From contig NC_059440.1 in NCBI RefSeq assembly GCF_021028975.2, forward strand, positions 32,612,001-32,676,000: a DNA stretch of 64,000 bases, written 5' to 3'. Below, in pieces: positions 24,590-38,570 of this stretch; the first letter of the stretch is position 1; the number at the start of each line of letters is the position of its first letter. This stretch comes from Sphaerodactylus townsendi. Its lineage: Eukaryota. The notes under the pieces were generated by a model. It was not told the origin of the DNA. It searched no databases and was given only the letters and a program-made list of their open reading frames with translations. The position numbers and the translations under genes were made by a program.

Positions 24590-24768
24590 CTTGCATTTTC
24601 TGTTGTCCAGACCTTTGTTGTCTTCCTCAAACTCTTCCCCAATTTTGAACTGGACAAAGTAGTTCCGGAAAGTGCTTACTGTGCGGATAGAGAAGGCGTC
24701 CCCTTCCTGTTCAATAATCTTCTGGGGTTTCAGCATTTTTGCTATCTTCCGAGTTGCAAAATCAATAC
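24590..24768 (-). CDS. RBP7: RBP7 exon 2: (G)IDFATRKIAKMLKPQKIIEQEGDAFSIRTVSTFRNYFVQFKIGEEFEEDNKGLDNRKCK
   Basis: 179 nt, ccag acceptor and GTGAGA donor, cellular retinol-binding protein signature. Confidence 0.96.
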
Positions 24769-25222
24769 CTGGCAGAGATAAATAAATCCAGTCTATTTAT
24801 GTGTCTTGCCCGCTGGATTCAGCAGTCATAGCACCATTGGCCTGACTTCCCCCCTCCCCAACTAAGGCTGAAAATTAGACTCCAGTCAGACCATTGGCAA
24901 AGAGAGTTTGTAAGCTAGCATGTGGACAAAGACATGTCAGTTCTTCAGGATTTATGGTACTCCTCTGGTTCAAAGGCTCTGTCATAGTTTGGTCTTATAG
25001 GAACTTCATACAGGTGTGCTGAAATCAAATCTTCAGCTGCTGCTTTGCTGCAGCCAAATAGACACCTGCTTAGCCATATTTTCAGACCTATTTGTTATAT
25101 ATCTGCTAGAAATGGGAAAGCTTTGCATCCTACAAGTTTGCTGAACAAGAGCCAAATGCTTTTAAGAGTAGCCTTCCAAAGCCAATCAAGTTAATAGGTT
25201 GCAAGTTGAGATGGCATAAGAC

Positions 25223-25599
25223 CAGAGGTGGGATCCAGCAGGTTCTCACAGGTTCCCGAGAGTAGGTTACTAATTATTTGTGTGTGCCGAGAGGGGGTTA
25301 CTAATTGGTGATTTTGCCACGTGATTCTTGCCTTAGTTACGCCCCTCCTCTCAGCAGTAGCGCGCAGAACTTGAAGCAGTCTAGCAGGAGGTGCACCGGT
25401 GTGCGTGGCAGCCTGCGCCTGTGTGCATTCGTTTCCCGCCCAAGGACCAGCGCAGCAGCTGCGTCCTTGCCACAGCCCCGCCCCAGGAATGCCCAGCCAC
25501 GCCCCCGTCATGCCCCGCCCAGCCCCATTGGCGTTACACCACAGTTTGAATCCCACCACCATGGGAACCTGTTACTAAAATTGTTGGATCCCACCACTG
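25223..25599. mobile_element. hAT non-autonomous element (TIR CAGAGGTGGGATCCA)
   Basis: Perfect 8-bp TSD cataagac. CpG-rich interior suggests a young insertion. Confidence 0.9.
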
Positions 25600-26706
25600 C
25601 ATAAGACCTATTTTTAGATACTCTGCAACATATTTGCAGCCTGAAATTAGAAACAAAAGCACAGAATGCACTCCCCTCCCCCCCCCCGCACACTCAACTA
25701 ATGCTTGCTACCTTGCAAGGCTGTTGCGAAGAGGCTGCCTTGAGATCAGTGGGAATGAAACTTCAACAAACAGACCTGAGGCAGCAAGCTTTTGAAGAGC
25801 TCATGCAGCTTACTTCATAACAAATTTCAATTTTTCATTATACCCTCCTTATTCCATGAAATAAGTCATATAGACCCATTTTACAGATGGAGAATGCAAC
25901 ATACCTTGATAACATCATGGCCCAGACTTATTCCTCCTTTACACACATATTACATAATTTAAGATACCTCAGAAATCAGCATACAATGGTCCTCAGAAGA
26001 ACATGTCAGTAAATGAAATTTAACCTGGATTCTATCATAGCAAGAGAATTTTAATACTTAGGTTTTGACTTTCAAATAGCAATTTGGACTTTGCTGGCAT
26101 AGTCCAACTTGTACTGCATGCTAGCGGTAGAGTCATAGAGTCACACAGTCTCATTGCAACAGGCTTCTTGATATGCTGCTCATTTAAAACCAGTTAGTCA
26201 AAAGTAGAGGCATGCATGGGATTATAGTGTGGTTTATCAGAACGTCACAATTTGCCTGTGTGACAACAGTTGCAACCAAGACACTGACAGTACTATCCTA
26301 AATAGAGTGACATGCTTTTAAACCCATTGCTGTCAGTGAACCAATGTTAAGAAAGACGTCTTCTCCAAGACCTTGGAGAATCACCAGCAGACAGATCAAA
26401 CACTAAGCTAGATTGAAGGTGGGAAATTAAAAACCTGGTATAGTCTAAGGGCAATGTGACATCCCACAGCCAGGCTTACAAGCAGCCAACCAAGGACACA
26501 AGCTAGAACAAGAAGAAAAACTGCAAAGATTGGGACAAGTAAGTTTTTGTTACAAAATAGTGGCTTCTACATACAAGAAAAGACAGAGTACAATGTCCAG
26601 AATGGGAAACAGCTATCTTCCGGACAAAGACCTTGACCAGTACAAGGAAAGGTTTTAACATAAACCATGGGAAAAGAAAAAAGGGATCCGAATGATTCCA
26701 GCTTAC

Positions 26707-26779
26707 CTAAGGCCAGCATATAGCCTTCAAAATTATCACTAGAAACGAAGTTCCAGGTGCCACTGAAATCCACAGGCAT
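26707..26779 (-). CDS. RBP7: RBP7 exon 1 (retinol-binding protein 7): MPVDFSGTWNFVSSDNFEGYMLAL(G)
   Basis: 73 nt, GTAAGC donor, GxW motif of the intracellular lipid-binding protein family, syntenic position between UBE4B and NMNAT1. Confidence 0.96.
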
Positions 26780-26845
26780 TATTACAGGCAGGCAACACAC
26801 ACCAAGAGAAGACAATTGGAAGCACACAACTCTCCTTCCCCAGAT

Positions 26846-26860
26846 CCCCTATATATGGGG
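26846..26860 (-). promoter_or_regulatory. RBP7 TATA box (TATATA)
   Basis: ccccATATATAgggg about 70 nt upstream of the ATG, no CpG island. Typical of tissue-specific FABP/CRBP genes. Confidence 0.65.
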
Positions 26861-27335
26861 AACATAAGAGGGCTTTCAGCTGGCCTCCGTGGGTGGGGGC
26901 TCCTGATTAGCCAGGGGGTGGAAACTGGAGCTTGGAGGAGAAAGTTCACATTGGCTGCAATCTTTGCCGTGGAGTCAACTGGACCAGTCCCTGAGTCACA
27001 GGAAAGGAGGGTGGAACAGAAAGCAATTTAACCACTTCTCGGTCCTTTTTTGGGGTCAAATGCGGGTTTCCATTCAAATCTATGCATAACAACAAAAGGT
27101 GGGAGACAGTGTGTGGTGGTGGTGGTTTGACAGTCAAATCCAGACATTAAAGTTATTGAGCAGTCCCCCCACTAAAGAATGCTAGGGGGAGAAAGGTCTA
27201 GTGGTTTGTTTTTTTTTGGAAGGTGTGATTTAGAAAGCCCCGGGTCTAACCTCAGGTAACCAGAAGTGCTGCTCACAGGTGAGGGGAAAGGCACTCTGCA
27301 CATGCTCAAAGGCACTGCTAAACATGAAGTTTAGC

Positions 27336-27529
27336 CAGAGGTGGGATCCAACCAGTTCTCAACACTTCTCTAGAAGTGGTTACTAATTTTTTTTCTGAGT
27401 GCCGAGAAGGGGTTACTAAAGCAGCCTCCCTGCCCAATAGGGACTGGAGGTGTGTTTGTGCGGCAGCGCCACTGTTTGAATCCCACCACCATCGGAACTT
27501 GTTATTAAAAATTTTGGATCCCGCCACTG
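27336..27529. mobile_element. hAT non-autonomous element, shorter relative of 25223-25599
   Basis: Same TIRs, perfect TSD agtttagc. Confidence 0.9.
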
Positions 27530-30500
27530 AGTTTAGCATTATGGTTGTTTTGTGTGTTCCAGATGGGCGGGTCACCTAGGACTTGTACACAATCTGAAGA
27601 CCATTGAAAGTGTTTTGAGATGGGTTTTTCTTCCCATATAGTCTTTTTTTTTGTCTTTGGTAGAAGTGACAGGCTCCTGCAGAAAGAAATGATGTTTCTT
27701 CAATAGATGCTTAATGGGACTTTACTAACCAGGTGCTATTATTGGCCACTTTGCCCTGGAAATGCTTCAACTGCCCATTTCTGTACACTAAGCCTCTATT
27801 AAAGGGACTTTTTTTCTCCAGGCCTGTTGGCAACTGTATGCCTGACCCAGGTATTCTCCTCCATGTTTGTCCTTCCTCTTATCTCTGCCTTTACCGGGTA
27901 ATTGGTAATTAGAACAGCATTGTTGCTTGCAGCAAGGAGACAACCCAGGACCGAGCATATATTATTTTCAGGCCAATAGCTACTTCTTCCCTTTGTTATA
28001 ATGTCTACCCTGCAAAGACAAAATTGCAAACGCACCAGTGGCTCTTGCTCCTTTGCCCAGTGACCTTCAGCCAAGATATACTGCCCCACCCCCCATGAAT
28101 AGAATGAAGCAATTACCATGTGCTAAACTTTACTCTACCAACATGCTTTTGCCAGAGCTGCTTATATCCTCCTATCTGACAATGTGTGGGTGTTAAAAAG
28201 GAAGTCCCTTTTGTTCACAGGACTCATGGAGCAGCCAGCACAGACTCTGCTGCCCTAATGCATTGAGCAACCACAGGCTAAGTAAACTGGGAGCCCCTTG
28301 GGGACCTTGAACTCTGATCCCGTTCCTCAACTCAAGCTTGGCACAAACATGCTGACCTCTGCAGGAGCTGGTGACCCGGCCCTCTGGTTGGCTTCCTCTT
28401 CTTGGCATTGTTCTCTAGCCTCTGGTGTAATGAAAGACATAGTTAAACAAAAATAGCACCTCCACCCCTACCCAACCAGCCAGGACCACTAGAGCTTTTC
28501 TGCACATTATGGCAATGAACAAAGTCTGGAAGGGGGAGAAATGACCTGTCCCTTTAACAGAGGCTTCCTGTGTTGATATGAGCAACTGAAACTTCTCATG
28601 ACAGTAAGGTAAAGCCTTTCACCTGGTAAATAACACCACATTACGCCTCTATTAAAGAGACAGGCCATCCTCCTTCCAGAAAATGGATAATCCTAAATGT
28701 TTTCTTCTCTTGCTCTCTTTTGCTGTGATGCTGTTTTGAGATGACCCCAGAACAGGATGCGGCTGTGAATAGAACACAAATAGTCTGTTGTGCAAGTCTG
28801 GTTTTATTATAATTTGTTCACATGACCATTGAGCATGGTTGATTCTCGTGCAGCATTAAGGGCAAAGAAAAACCAAAAAAAATCAGCATTAGGATTTAAA
28901 AGAGCAGGATTTGGGGGGGACAGCAAAGTGTAAAGTCTGCAACGGAAGATGGCCAAGTAAAGATGGGATCCTCAGGTTCGAACTGCCGATGCCGGTGACC
29001 AAATGTTTATTGCTTCTGCTTCTCATCTCACATCAGCAGCGCTAAATCAACAGCATTTGTCTACATAAGTCAGAGCAGAAGTAATACTCTCTGTTCTCCT
29101 AGATATATTTAGATGATTGCACAAATCCCTCTCCCTCCCTTCTCCGGAACCAACCATGGTTAGTATGATGTGTGCAGTAATCTGAACACTGACCAGTGCT
29201 GGCTGCAACCCTGTGTTTTCAACCAAGGTTAGAACCAGGCCTTCACATCCAGATTTGAGCTATCCATGGTTAGCCCTCAGCTCAGAACAGACATAATGCT
29301 AACCATGGTTAGCTCTGTGTGATGGCAAATTCGCATGCAGGAGAGGAGAAGAGAAGAGGCAAAAGGAGGAGGAGAGCCAGTGGTTGCTTTGGTTTCCAAA
29401 TCAGGGTGAGAAGATCAGGCAGCGTTACATCTGCACCAGATCTGTAACAATCAATAAGATCACCAAAGCTGTGGAACAGGTTCAGATAAGCAATAAGAGA
29501 ACATAGTTTAGAATAGATGACCAGCAGGAACAAACCCTTATGTTGATGGTGCATGCTTGAGATGAGTAATAAAAAGCTGTACCCGTTGCAAGGCGCCAGT
29601 TTTTCATCAGGCAGCACCTTCCCTTCGTCACATTAGTTCTGAAGATGTTACCTTTGGAGAGCTAGCATGTGAACAGCAGCTCACTGGAGGGGGCCCTACA
29701 TGACTTGTCACCTGCCAGCTGAATGACTTCACCTGCCACTGGCAGTGCATGTTGTAAGTCATAGCATGTGGCTAGAGGGCTCCCTCTCAAATTAAATTGC
29801 GGAGGTCAACCTTAAAACCAAGGCCCTTGCTCTCAGTGATATTGCTAACTTGTACCTGCACATAGAAAACTAGCAGGCCAGCAAGTAAGGCTATTCCTGT
29901 CAATAAACCTTTTTTAAAGTGTATAGGTCACAGCCTCTGCCACTTCCAGTCTGGGGCAGTACAACCCAGACATGGGTTTTAGTACTTCAGTGAAAACTAG
30001 ACCATTCATTACAAATCCAGCATTTTTGAATCTCCTGTGGAGAAGCTGCATGTTAGAGTCATCTTGCCAGGAAGTCATGGCCTGTAGCATCCAGACAGTT
30101 TTGGCATGATCCACCTGCCCCTAGGCACAAATGGAAGACATCTCCTAATACGCATCCGATAAGGCATACGAGCTGCAATCCTATACTCCCTTGCACAGAA
30201 ATAAGCCCTTTGGAATCAGTAGGATTTACTTCTGAGTAAATGTGCATAAGATCAGAGCTGCCCATCCCTGTATGAAAGAGCACCAGAAAAAGGAGGTTCT
30301 TTCCCCCCTAAGAAATATTATCTGCATCACAGCCATATCTTAGCAAAGCACGCTGCTCCTTGGTTGGAACCCTCCCATCTCAGCAATCCACAAAGACGAC
30401 TCTTCACAAAACCCTAAATCAAAGGGCAACTTAGTTGTATTCACAGAGGCCATCTGAGAGTCAGGTCTACAGCAAAGAAAAGAGCAGGACTGGAGCTACA

Positions 30501-30650
30501 GGCTGTTACTATTCTTGCTGCCACATAAGGTCTACACATGGCCAGGTTTGGCAAAGGAAATCAGGTTCTCACAGTAAAAGTGACACTCTTAGGAAATAAC
30601 GGTAAGTCATCACTTTCCAGTTTTACCAGAACTTCACACTCTTGGTGACT

Positions 30651-30830
30651 TAGGGTTGCCAGCAGCAAGGAGAAGAAAAACAAAATCCTGTCCCTTTAAT
30701 AGAGGCTTAATGATGTTACTGACCAATTGATGTTAATTACTCTCCTTGCCATGAAAAGCTTCAGCCACCGATTTCTACACTGTAAACCTCTGTTAAAGGG
30801 AAAGGACATTTTCCTCCAGGCCTGCTGGCA
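30651..30830. repeat. Old palindromic DNA-transposon-like repeat (AGGGTTGCCA termini)
   Basis: CCTGTCCCTTTAATAGAGGC / CCTCTGTTAAAGGGA arms, related pieces near 27730-27835 and 28530-28680. Confidence 0.45.
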
Positions 30831-31424
30831 CCTCCTGAGTCACTCAAGCTTTTTTGTCAACGACAGTCTTGGGACTGTGACATTTCCAGCATAATATGGA
30901 CTTTGTGCGTACAGCTTCCCTGAATTTAGGCTCATGCCAGCTAACTATCACACGTGTCCAGATACACAGCAGCTTCACACACACAAACAAGCATTATGCA
31001 GCCTGATCCCAGTTTCCACCGAGAAGCTCAGGTATGGATCAGGCCCATTGCTCACAAGCGGCATCTACAATGCAATGGAAGAACTGGGGTTCACATTCAT
31101 AAAACCAGGGTTGCCAACTCCTTTGCTGGCTTCTGCTCCTGTGCCTTTAACAGCAATTAGATTTATAGACCTGGATAAGCAACCATGCTCATCTGTATTT
31201 TGTGGCAACTTTTACCTGCTGATTTCTGCTAACTAAAGGTGCTTGAAAAAGCGCAAGAGCAGGCCATGCCATGGTTGGTCAGTTGGCAACCCTTCATAAA
31301 AACTTGGGACACTATTGACTTCTGTGGCCAGAGAAAGGACCAAAGATTTCAGCTGCTACAGTACACATTTTTTTGCAAAGCATGCCTGTTTCCTCCTCCC
31401 CACCAAAGACAGATGGGTCAGGGT

Positions 31425-31822
31425 TTAACTAGCATCCTTAGCATACCTCTGCAAAGGAGCTAGAATGACACCACTATTCTGTTCTTCACTCTCTTCAGAG
31501 TATAATTTGTGCTTTTCAATGTATGCCAGAACACTGTCAGGCACCAAGTATCGGACACTCTGGCGCCTCCTCAGGGCTCTCCGGATTTTGGTGGCGGAGA
31601 TGTCATTGCTGATCCACTCCTCCACCAGGTGAATGTTTTCCTTGCGGCGCCAGAGAATGTCGGATTCATAGATGAATTTCTGGGCCTGGTTCCCAGCTCT
31701 GGTGATGCACACCATGCCATAGTCGGTCAGGATTTCCGAAATGTCTTCTCGCTTCCAGAGATTGGGGACAGCAAATGACTCCAAGATATCTGTACCACAC
31801 AGCAACTTCAGCTGGGGAGTGC
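31425..31822 (-). CDS. NMNAT1: NMNAT1 last coding exon: (G)[22 protein letters not shown]...[12 protein letters not shown]...YAKDAS*
   Basis: 398 nt, cttttcag acceptor, ISATKIR (SxxxxR) ATP-binding motif, contains ORF 31425..31805. Confidence 0.97.
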
Positions 31823-32713
31823 CTGAAAAGAGGTCATGAAGAAGAGATATATCTGAATAGCCATTTCCCCAGTTGAAAAGTAAAACCAGGGTGGTTTGTA
31901 CTGCATTGATTTAAATTCCACATCAAAATCCTGCACTACAAATAAACTGCTGGATTCTGCAATCTGCATGCATTAGGCAAAGTGAGCAATCTTGTATTCT
32001 GTCTTGTGTGGTCAGCTGCACAGTTTTCTTCCCCACGTTTTACTATCCTGAACTATTTATTTTGTGTTGTCTAATCACTGCGGGAAGTAAGAAGGTAAGG
32101 AGCTTTGGGCTGTCAACACTACGCATCCTAGTTGACTCTCTGACTTCTTAGATTCTTAACAGTGTTGTTCAAAACTGTTTTCAATGTTCAAGTGCATCTT
32201 TATAGCCATGAGAGCTAGAAACTTACTTTTCAAGAGTTTAGGTTTCCAGAGAAGCTGGATCTTTGTACCTTGTACCAGATTTTGTACTTTATTCCCCCGC
32301 CCCCTCTTCATGGTCCCACAGAATCATAACTGATACATAGTCGGGAGAAACGCTGAGCTTTCGTTAAAAGGGCCTGAGGGTCCTTTTGACATAATAGCAC
32401 CGAGATAATTACTAACATCCCCCAAGTGACTCACATTTCAAAAACAGTTGCAAAATCAGTTTAAGTACTGAATCGCTGAAGAGAGATTGACAAGGTTACA
32501 AGCATGAACCAATAGGTGCCTGCCAACCAAGCTTTTTCCTCAACACACTGGAAATTTGTGCACTTTAAGGTACATAACGTATGTTAAGTCACTTTCACTC
32601 TAGGTCTAGCACACTTCAAAAATTGAACATTTTCACCCAAAAGCTCCATTTTCAGAAACTAAGGGGGACTCTGCTCCCATCTCTATTCTCCTATAGTTGG
32701 ATATACAGTTAAC

Positions 32714-32859
32714 CTTTAGTTTCTGAATTAAGTTGGTTCCTTCTGATGGAAAGATGGCCGCCTGCTTCGTGTTTCCTCTTTCGGCCTGGTTTGCTGAGAG
32801 GAGGAACTTCATCAAAGTTCTTTGAGGAATACAAATTATTCAAGCTCTGTTGATGGTAT
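32714..32859 (-). CDS. NMNAT1: NMNAT1 coding exon 3 (isoform-specific targeting region with NLS): (R)YHQQSLNNLYSSKNFDEVPPLSKPGRKRKHEAGGHLSIRRNQLNSETK(G)
   Basis: 146 nt, tttgtag acceptor, AAG|GTTAAC donor, phases 2 to 1 match the neighbours. The PGRKRK NLS is diagnostic of nuclear NMNAT1. Confidence 0.93.
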
Positions 32860-33903
32860 CTACAAAAGAAACCAAGACTTTACCAAGAAACAAATGAAGG
32901 GGGTGTTGCATAAGGCCTTGAAATCCCCATTTCCTGAAAATCTTATTTGGCAACTTCGCTGGCTACTGAACGTTCACCGAGCATCACCCACACGCTTATG
33001 AGCATATTTTGGAAACCTCGCAGGCTAGGAATTTTAAAACCACGGCTGAGATTCTAAGGAAGCAGTAAGCCGCAACCAGCACCTTTGAACAGACCTGTTT
33101 CCCCGGCTGCTGGCTTTGCAAGGAGGTGTACAGAGAGCAGAAAGCAGGCATTATTCTCTAGCTGGATTTTTCTTTTTATTCAGAAAAATCTCTCCTTGGA
33201 ACCCTTTGAATTGACACGAGGAAAAGCACAATCCAGGGGCTTCCCGTCTGTTCCCCCACCACATGTGCAAGTCTCCATAATTTATTCTGTATCTGAAGGC
33301 AGTAATAAGAAGGCGCTCTCCAAATCACTCAGGCCATTTTTACACTGCTCATTCAGCCCCCTTGCACCAGTGGAGCCAGCCTTGGAAATACACTGCAGTT
33401 TTCACGGTGTATCTCTGCTTTCCCTATGGGGACTTTTAAAAACTGTAATTTTATATTGCTTATGTAGAGCATTTCATTATCATCTTTATTTTTCCTGGCA
33501 ATTCTTTGTTCAAATGTTATTTTTTATTTTTCTTGGTAATTCTTGTTTTAAAGTCTGAAGCACACTGTAGCTTTCAAAGCTGACCATTAAAGTATGCAGA
33601 TTATTTTCTTGCTCTTGAATCCTACTTGAGGTTGTGTGGATTTTGATTTATGCCTATTAAAGGTTAATGGTTGGGATGGTTGGGGCACTCGGGCCGTTTC
33701 TGTTCTCACTGACTTTCTTTCTGAACTTTCCTTGAGCAGGAATGGCAACTGGGACAGGTAAAAGGGGAATAGAGAACCCTGCCTCGGTCTGCTCTGCTCA
33801 GCCCGCCAGCTCCTTCAGGATCCGCATTTGTTGTTAAGCCACCCTGAGCCCTTCGGGGGAGGGCGGGGTACAAATCTAATAAATGAAATTAAATGAACTA
33901 TGA

Positions 33904-34008
33904 CATAAGAACATAAGAACAAGCCAGCTGGATCAGACCAGAGTCCATCTAGTCCAACTCTCTGCTACTCGCAGTGGCCCACCAGGTGCCTTTGGGAGCT
34001 CACATGAC
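33904..34008 (-). mobile_element. CR1 3'-end fragment
   Basis: (CATAAGAA)2 tail, near-identical to 38345-38445. Confidence 0.65.
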
Positions 34009-34115
34009 GACCAGAAACTTGTTCGTGAAAAGTGAGACTCTTAGCAAGCTAGACTGTGTGGCCAGCACCCCATTCTGAGGCTTTCTGGCATCCCTGCACA
34101 GATCCAGCGCAATAC

Positions 34116-34299
34116 CTTAGCACCTTGACGGTCTCCTGCCATTCGTTCTGGCTGCTTTCCCAGTTGCTCACTTCCACCCAATCGGAGCTTTCTGTGGCAA
34201 GCTTTGCCATGGTCATTCGGTGGCTGGAACTGATCAGACCCTTCTTCTTGTAGGCATCCCCCACTGGTGAAATGATCCCTTTGACCACTTTGTATTTCC
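34116..34299 (-). CDS. NMNAT1: NMNAT1 coding exon 2: (G)[60 protein letters not shown](R)
   Basis: 184 nt, acacag acceptor and GTATTG donor. Confidence 0.96.
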
Positions 34300-34440
34300 C
34301 TGTGTGGAAGAACAGAAATTGTTGACCGTTGGATCCCTCGTTTGGCTCAGCTTCCCAACATCAGAGAAAGGTGGGGTATAAATCTAAACTCTTTGTCTTC
34401 TCCCTCTTCATTTTGGGGTGTGTGTGTATTTCACTGTTAT

Positions 34441-34495
34441 TACTTGATATTAAATGAGATTTGATATTAAATGAGACTTGATATTAAATTAGATT
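34441..34495. repeat. 17-bp minisatellite x3 (TTGATATTAAATGAGAC)
   Basis: Direct tandem copies. Confidence 0.85.
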
Positions 34496-35884
34496 TATTG
34501 ATAGATAACAGCTGTTGTCGTCTTCAGTATGGGAACTAAAAGCTGCTGTGGAAGTTGCCTTGCTGAGAGCACCAGGCACGAATTATCGCGAATAAATAAA
34601 TCATTTAAGCCGCCACGGTGCCCATTACCGGATATCATTCCAGCAGGAGCATCTGGAAAGCCAAAAGCTGGCACGAGACCCTGGAACCTCCCCTCCCCAC
34701 ATGTCTCCTCTTTGCTGCCACCAAAGCAAACAGAGCTGGGAGCCAAGTCAGGATTTTTATATGTTCCTTGTTCTCTTCACTGCATTCGCCCTTCTACTTA
34801 CTGGCAGACCGTTCTCTGTTTAATTAACCGGTCCTGCATTCAGGTTCTCTCCTAGCAAGACTGGGTAAGGATATTATTACTATAAAGATGCTTTGGGGAG
34901 CCAACTGGCACTGAAAAAGCAGGGATATAAATTTCATCAGGAAGTACAGTCAGAGGATGACAGCGTTTCTGTCATCGCTCACAAGGAGAGGGAGGTAAGC
35001 GTATATTCCAGGAGGCAGACCACAGCAAGGCCCGGATGGGACTGCGAAAATGTTTCAAATGGACCTGCTGACTAGAACCTCCAACAGAATGTTCCAACTT
35101 GGATAAACTCAAGAAAGTCTTTATATACTCAACACATGTGCTAGCTTGGGCCTTGAACAATTGCAGGACTGGGGGGAAATTTGGACCCTCCCCCAATGCC
35201 CCCTCCTGGATACTATCAATTCTCTGGACCTTGAATAGGCTGATTTCTGCTTCCCAACCCCACCCCCCCCCCCCCCGCCCTTGAATAATTTTCAACTGCT
35301 CTGTACATTCAGTGCACGATCATTTCTCACTGGGCCATTTCAATAGATGCCTCCCCCCCTTTCTTTCGATTTACAGATTCATGTTTTTCTGCATACCTAG
35401 AGAGACCCTAAAATATACTAGGACCCCCAGTCAATCTGTGGGCAACCCAGCTTCAGTAGTTGTGGGACTGGTTCCACACACTTCACTATTATCATGAATG
35501 ATATGGCTTCAAGTAAATCAAACCATAGGAGTCTGAACCAGTCAAAAAACAAACAACAAACAGCAGAGAAGGGTTAATTGATTTCGACAACCGCCCAGTC
35601 TTTCCGGCTGGAGGACAGACTGCATGGTTGCCAACTTTGGGAAGGGAAATTTCTGGAGATTTGGGGAGGATTCAGAGGAGGGTGAACTTCATTAGGCTAT
35701 AATTCCACAGAGCCCACCTTCCAAAACAGTTGTTTTCTCCAGGGGATCCAACTTTTATAGCCCAGGTTAATCTTGGGAGATTTCCCACCCTCGGCCTCGC
35801 CTGGAGGTTGGCAACCGAACGGACAGACCCTGTGACAGTCAGAGCGTATCCTTGAGGACCTTCTTAAGCTAAGGGGCATTGCTA

Positions 35885-36800
<916 letters not shown>

Positions 36801-37069
36801 CCAGCTGTGTGCCCGAATTCTTCCTAGCCAATGATGCCAACCTCCCGGTGGGACCTGCAGATCGTCTAGAATTACAAAATATCCCTAGACTGCAGAGATT
36901 ACTTGCCCTGGAGAAAAGCGGGCTTTCTATATCCTGCTGAGGTCTCATCCCCAGACCCTGCCCTCTGCATGCTGCATCCCAAAAACAACTGGATTCAAAT
37001 CCCACCTGGATGGCGGGGCTCAACCTGGACAGACTCTGCTCTTTCTCCCCAGGTCCTTGGCAGCTGGCT

Positions 37070-37143
37070 ATGATCCACTTCTTCCTTGCTCACGCGGCCT
37101 ACCACTTCAGTCGATGGCTACCCAGGCACCACCGACTCCGACT
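37070..37143 (+). CDS. Unannotated 4-TM protein gene (TMEM274-like by position), coding exon A: MIHFFLAHAAYHFSRWLPRHHRLR(L)
   Basis: Acceptor ctctttctccccag|37053, gctATG start, donor CT|GTAAGC. Phase 2 matches exon B. Confidence 0.75.
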
Positions 37144-37398
37144 GTAAGCACCACCGGGCGTTCAGGTTGTTCCCAGCCTCACCCCTTCTAGTCTTCCTCC
37201 CCTGACATTTTGCAGCAGGACGCCAGCTCCCAAATCCCTCTGATTTTGGGCTTAGTGCCATGAGCTGACAAATCTCAGAAGCTAAGCTGGGACAGCTCTG
37301 ATTGGTACTTGGGATGGCAGACCACCAAAGAAGTCCAAGGTTGTGATGTAGAGGCAGGCAATGGCAAACCACCTCTGAATGCCTCTTGCCTTGAAAGC

Positions 37399-37510
37399 CA
37401 GTGGCGTAGTGCCAATGGGGCGGGGGGCGCCTGTGCGTGGGCATAGAGGGGACATTCTGGGGCGGGGCACACGCGTGCCCTGGGCGCAGTCCCCCCTCGC
37501 TCCACCCCTG
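37399..37510. mobile_element. Short hAT MITE nested in a 5S-derived SINE
   Basis: CAGTGGCGTAG...CTCCACCCCTG with perfect TSD ttgaaagc. Confidence 0.75.
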
Positions 37511-37971
37511 TTGAAAGCCCCATAAGATTGCTATAAATCTGCCGTGACTTGATAACACTTTTCAACAACCAATAAGAGTGCACCCACCCCCCACCCCAAA
37601 TCTTTGGGGTTCTGTGTTAGGTGACTCGATGGAGAACTTGAGCCCTGAGTGGACCTTGCCCACCTCCCATACAAACTGACTGCAAGGCACTGGGGCTTCT
37701 GTTGCACAGGGGCTCCTTAGTAAAAGATCCAATCTGGAAAGGGTTTTTAGAAATGTGAAAACGCCCTCCTAAGAGCCATAATCACCATATCCCATCATTC
37801 TCTGGTCCTCCATTCCTCTTTGAAGGCCTTCAATCAGATATGACCATTGAATGATGCTTGGAACCAGCCCACCCTCAAGCCTGCAGCTTGGTGGGAGAGA
37901 GAGAGATTCCCAAATGACAACCATGTGATTGCTTGGGTGTTTCCCCCCCGCCCCTGTCTTTCTTTCCCCAG

Positions 37972-38034
37972 CCAGGCTGTTGTCTTCATCCTTGGACTCT
38001 CTGCTCTCCTTCTCCAAATCTACATCCTGTTAAG
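37972..38034 (+). CDS. 4-TM gene exon B: QAVVFILGLSALLLQIYILL(R) (TM1)
   Basis: Strong polypyrimidine acceptor tctttctttccccag, donor AAG|GTACGA, phase 2 to 2. Confidence 0.82.
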
Positions 38035-38344
38035 GTACGAAGCGGCCATTTCTTAATTGATTTGCCTCCCTCGCAATGTCCCTTTGTATGTTCGCATACC
38101 TTCTCGAATATAAGGATAGCTGACCGGAATTTCTTGAGATGTTCTTGAGAGGATAGAACTTACAGTCTGGCCCATTGGGATTTGGGGATTGGTTTTGATT
38201 TTTTAAAAAAAATACAAATCTCTGTTGACAAGAAGGCTACCAGCTGCTTTCCTGAAGGTCTGAGGGTTCAAACTCCACATGCGGAGGACTGAAAATACAA
38301 TTGAAGGCTGAGTTGGGAAACAGTTAGGGTTACACTGACAGCTC

Positions 38345-38570
38345 ATAAGAACATAAGAACAAGCCTGCTGGATCAGACCAGAGTCCATCTAGTCCAGCTC
38401 TCTGCTACTCGCAGTGGCCCACCAGGTGCCTTTGGGAGCTCACGTGCAGGAGGTGAAAGCAATGGCCTTCTGCGGCTGTTGCTCCTGAGCACCTGGTTTG
38501 CTAAGGCATTTGCAATCTCAGATCAAGGAGGATCAAGATTGGTAGCCATAGATTGACTTCTCCTCCAGTA
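38345..38570 (-). mobile_element. CR1 3'-end fragment
   Basis: Longer copy of 33904-34008. Confidence 0.65.

Noticed and set aside
22147-26779. Gecko iota-crystallin (CRBP-I/RBP1)
   Set aside because: His at position 108 and UBE4B-NMNAT1 synteny identify RBP7, not RBP1.
33085-33558. 157-aa plus-strand ORF in an NMNAT1 intron
   Set aside because: Non-ATG start, composition typical of an AT-rich repeat 3' region, no exon signals.
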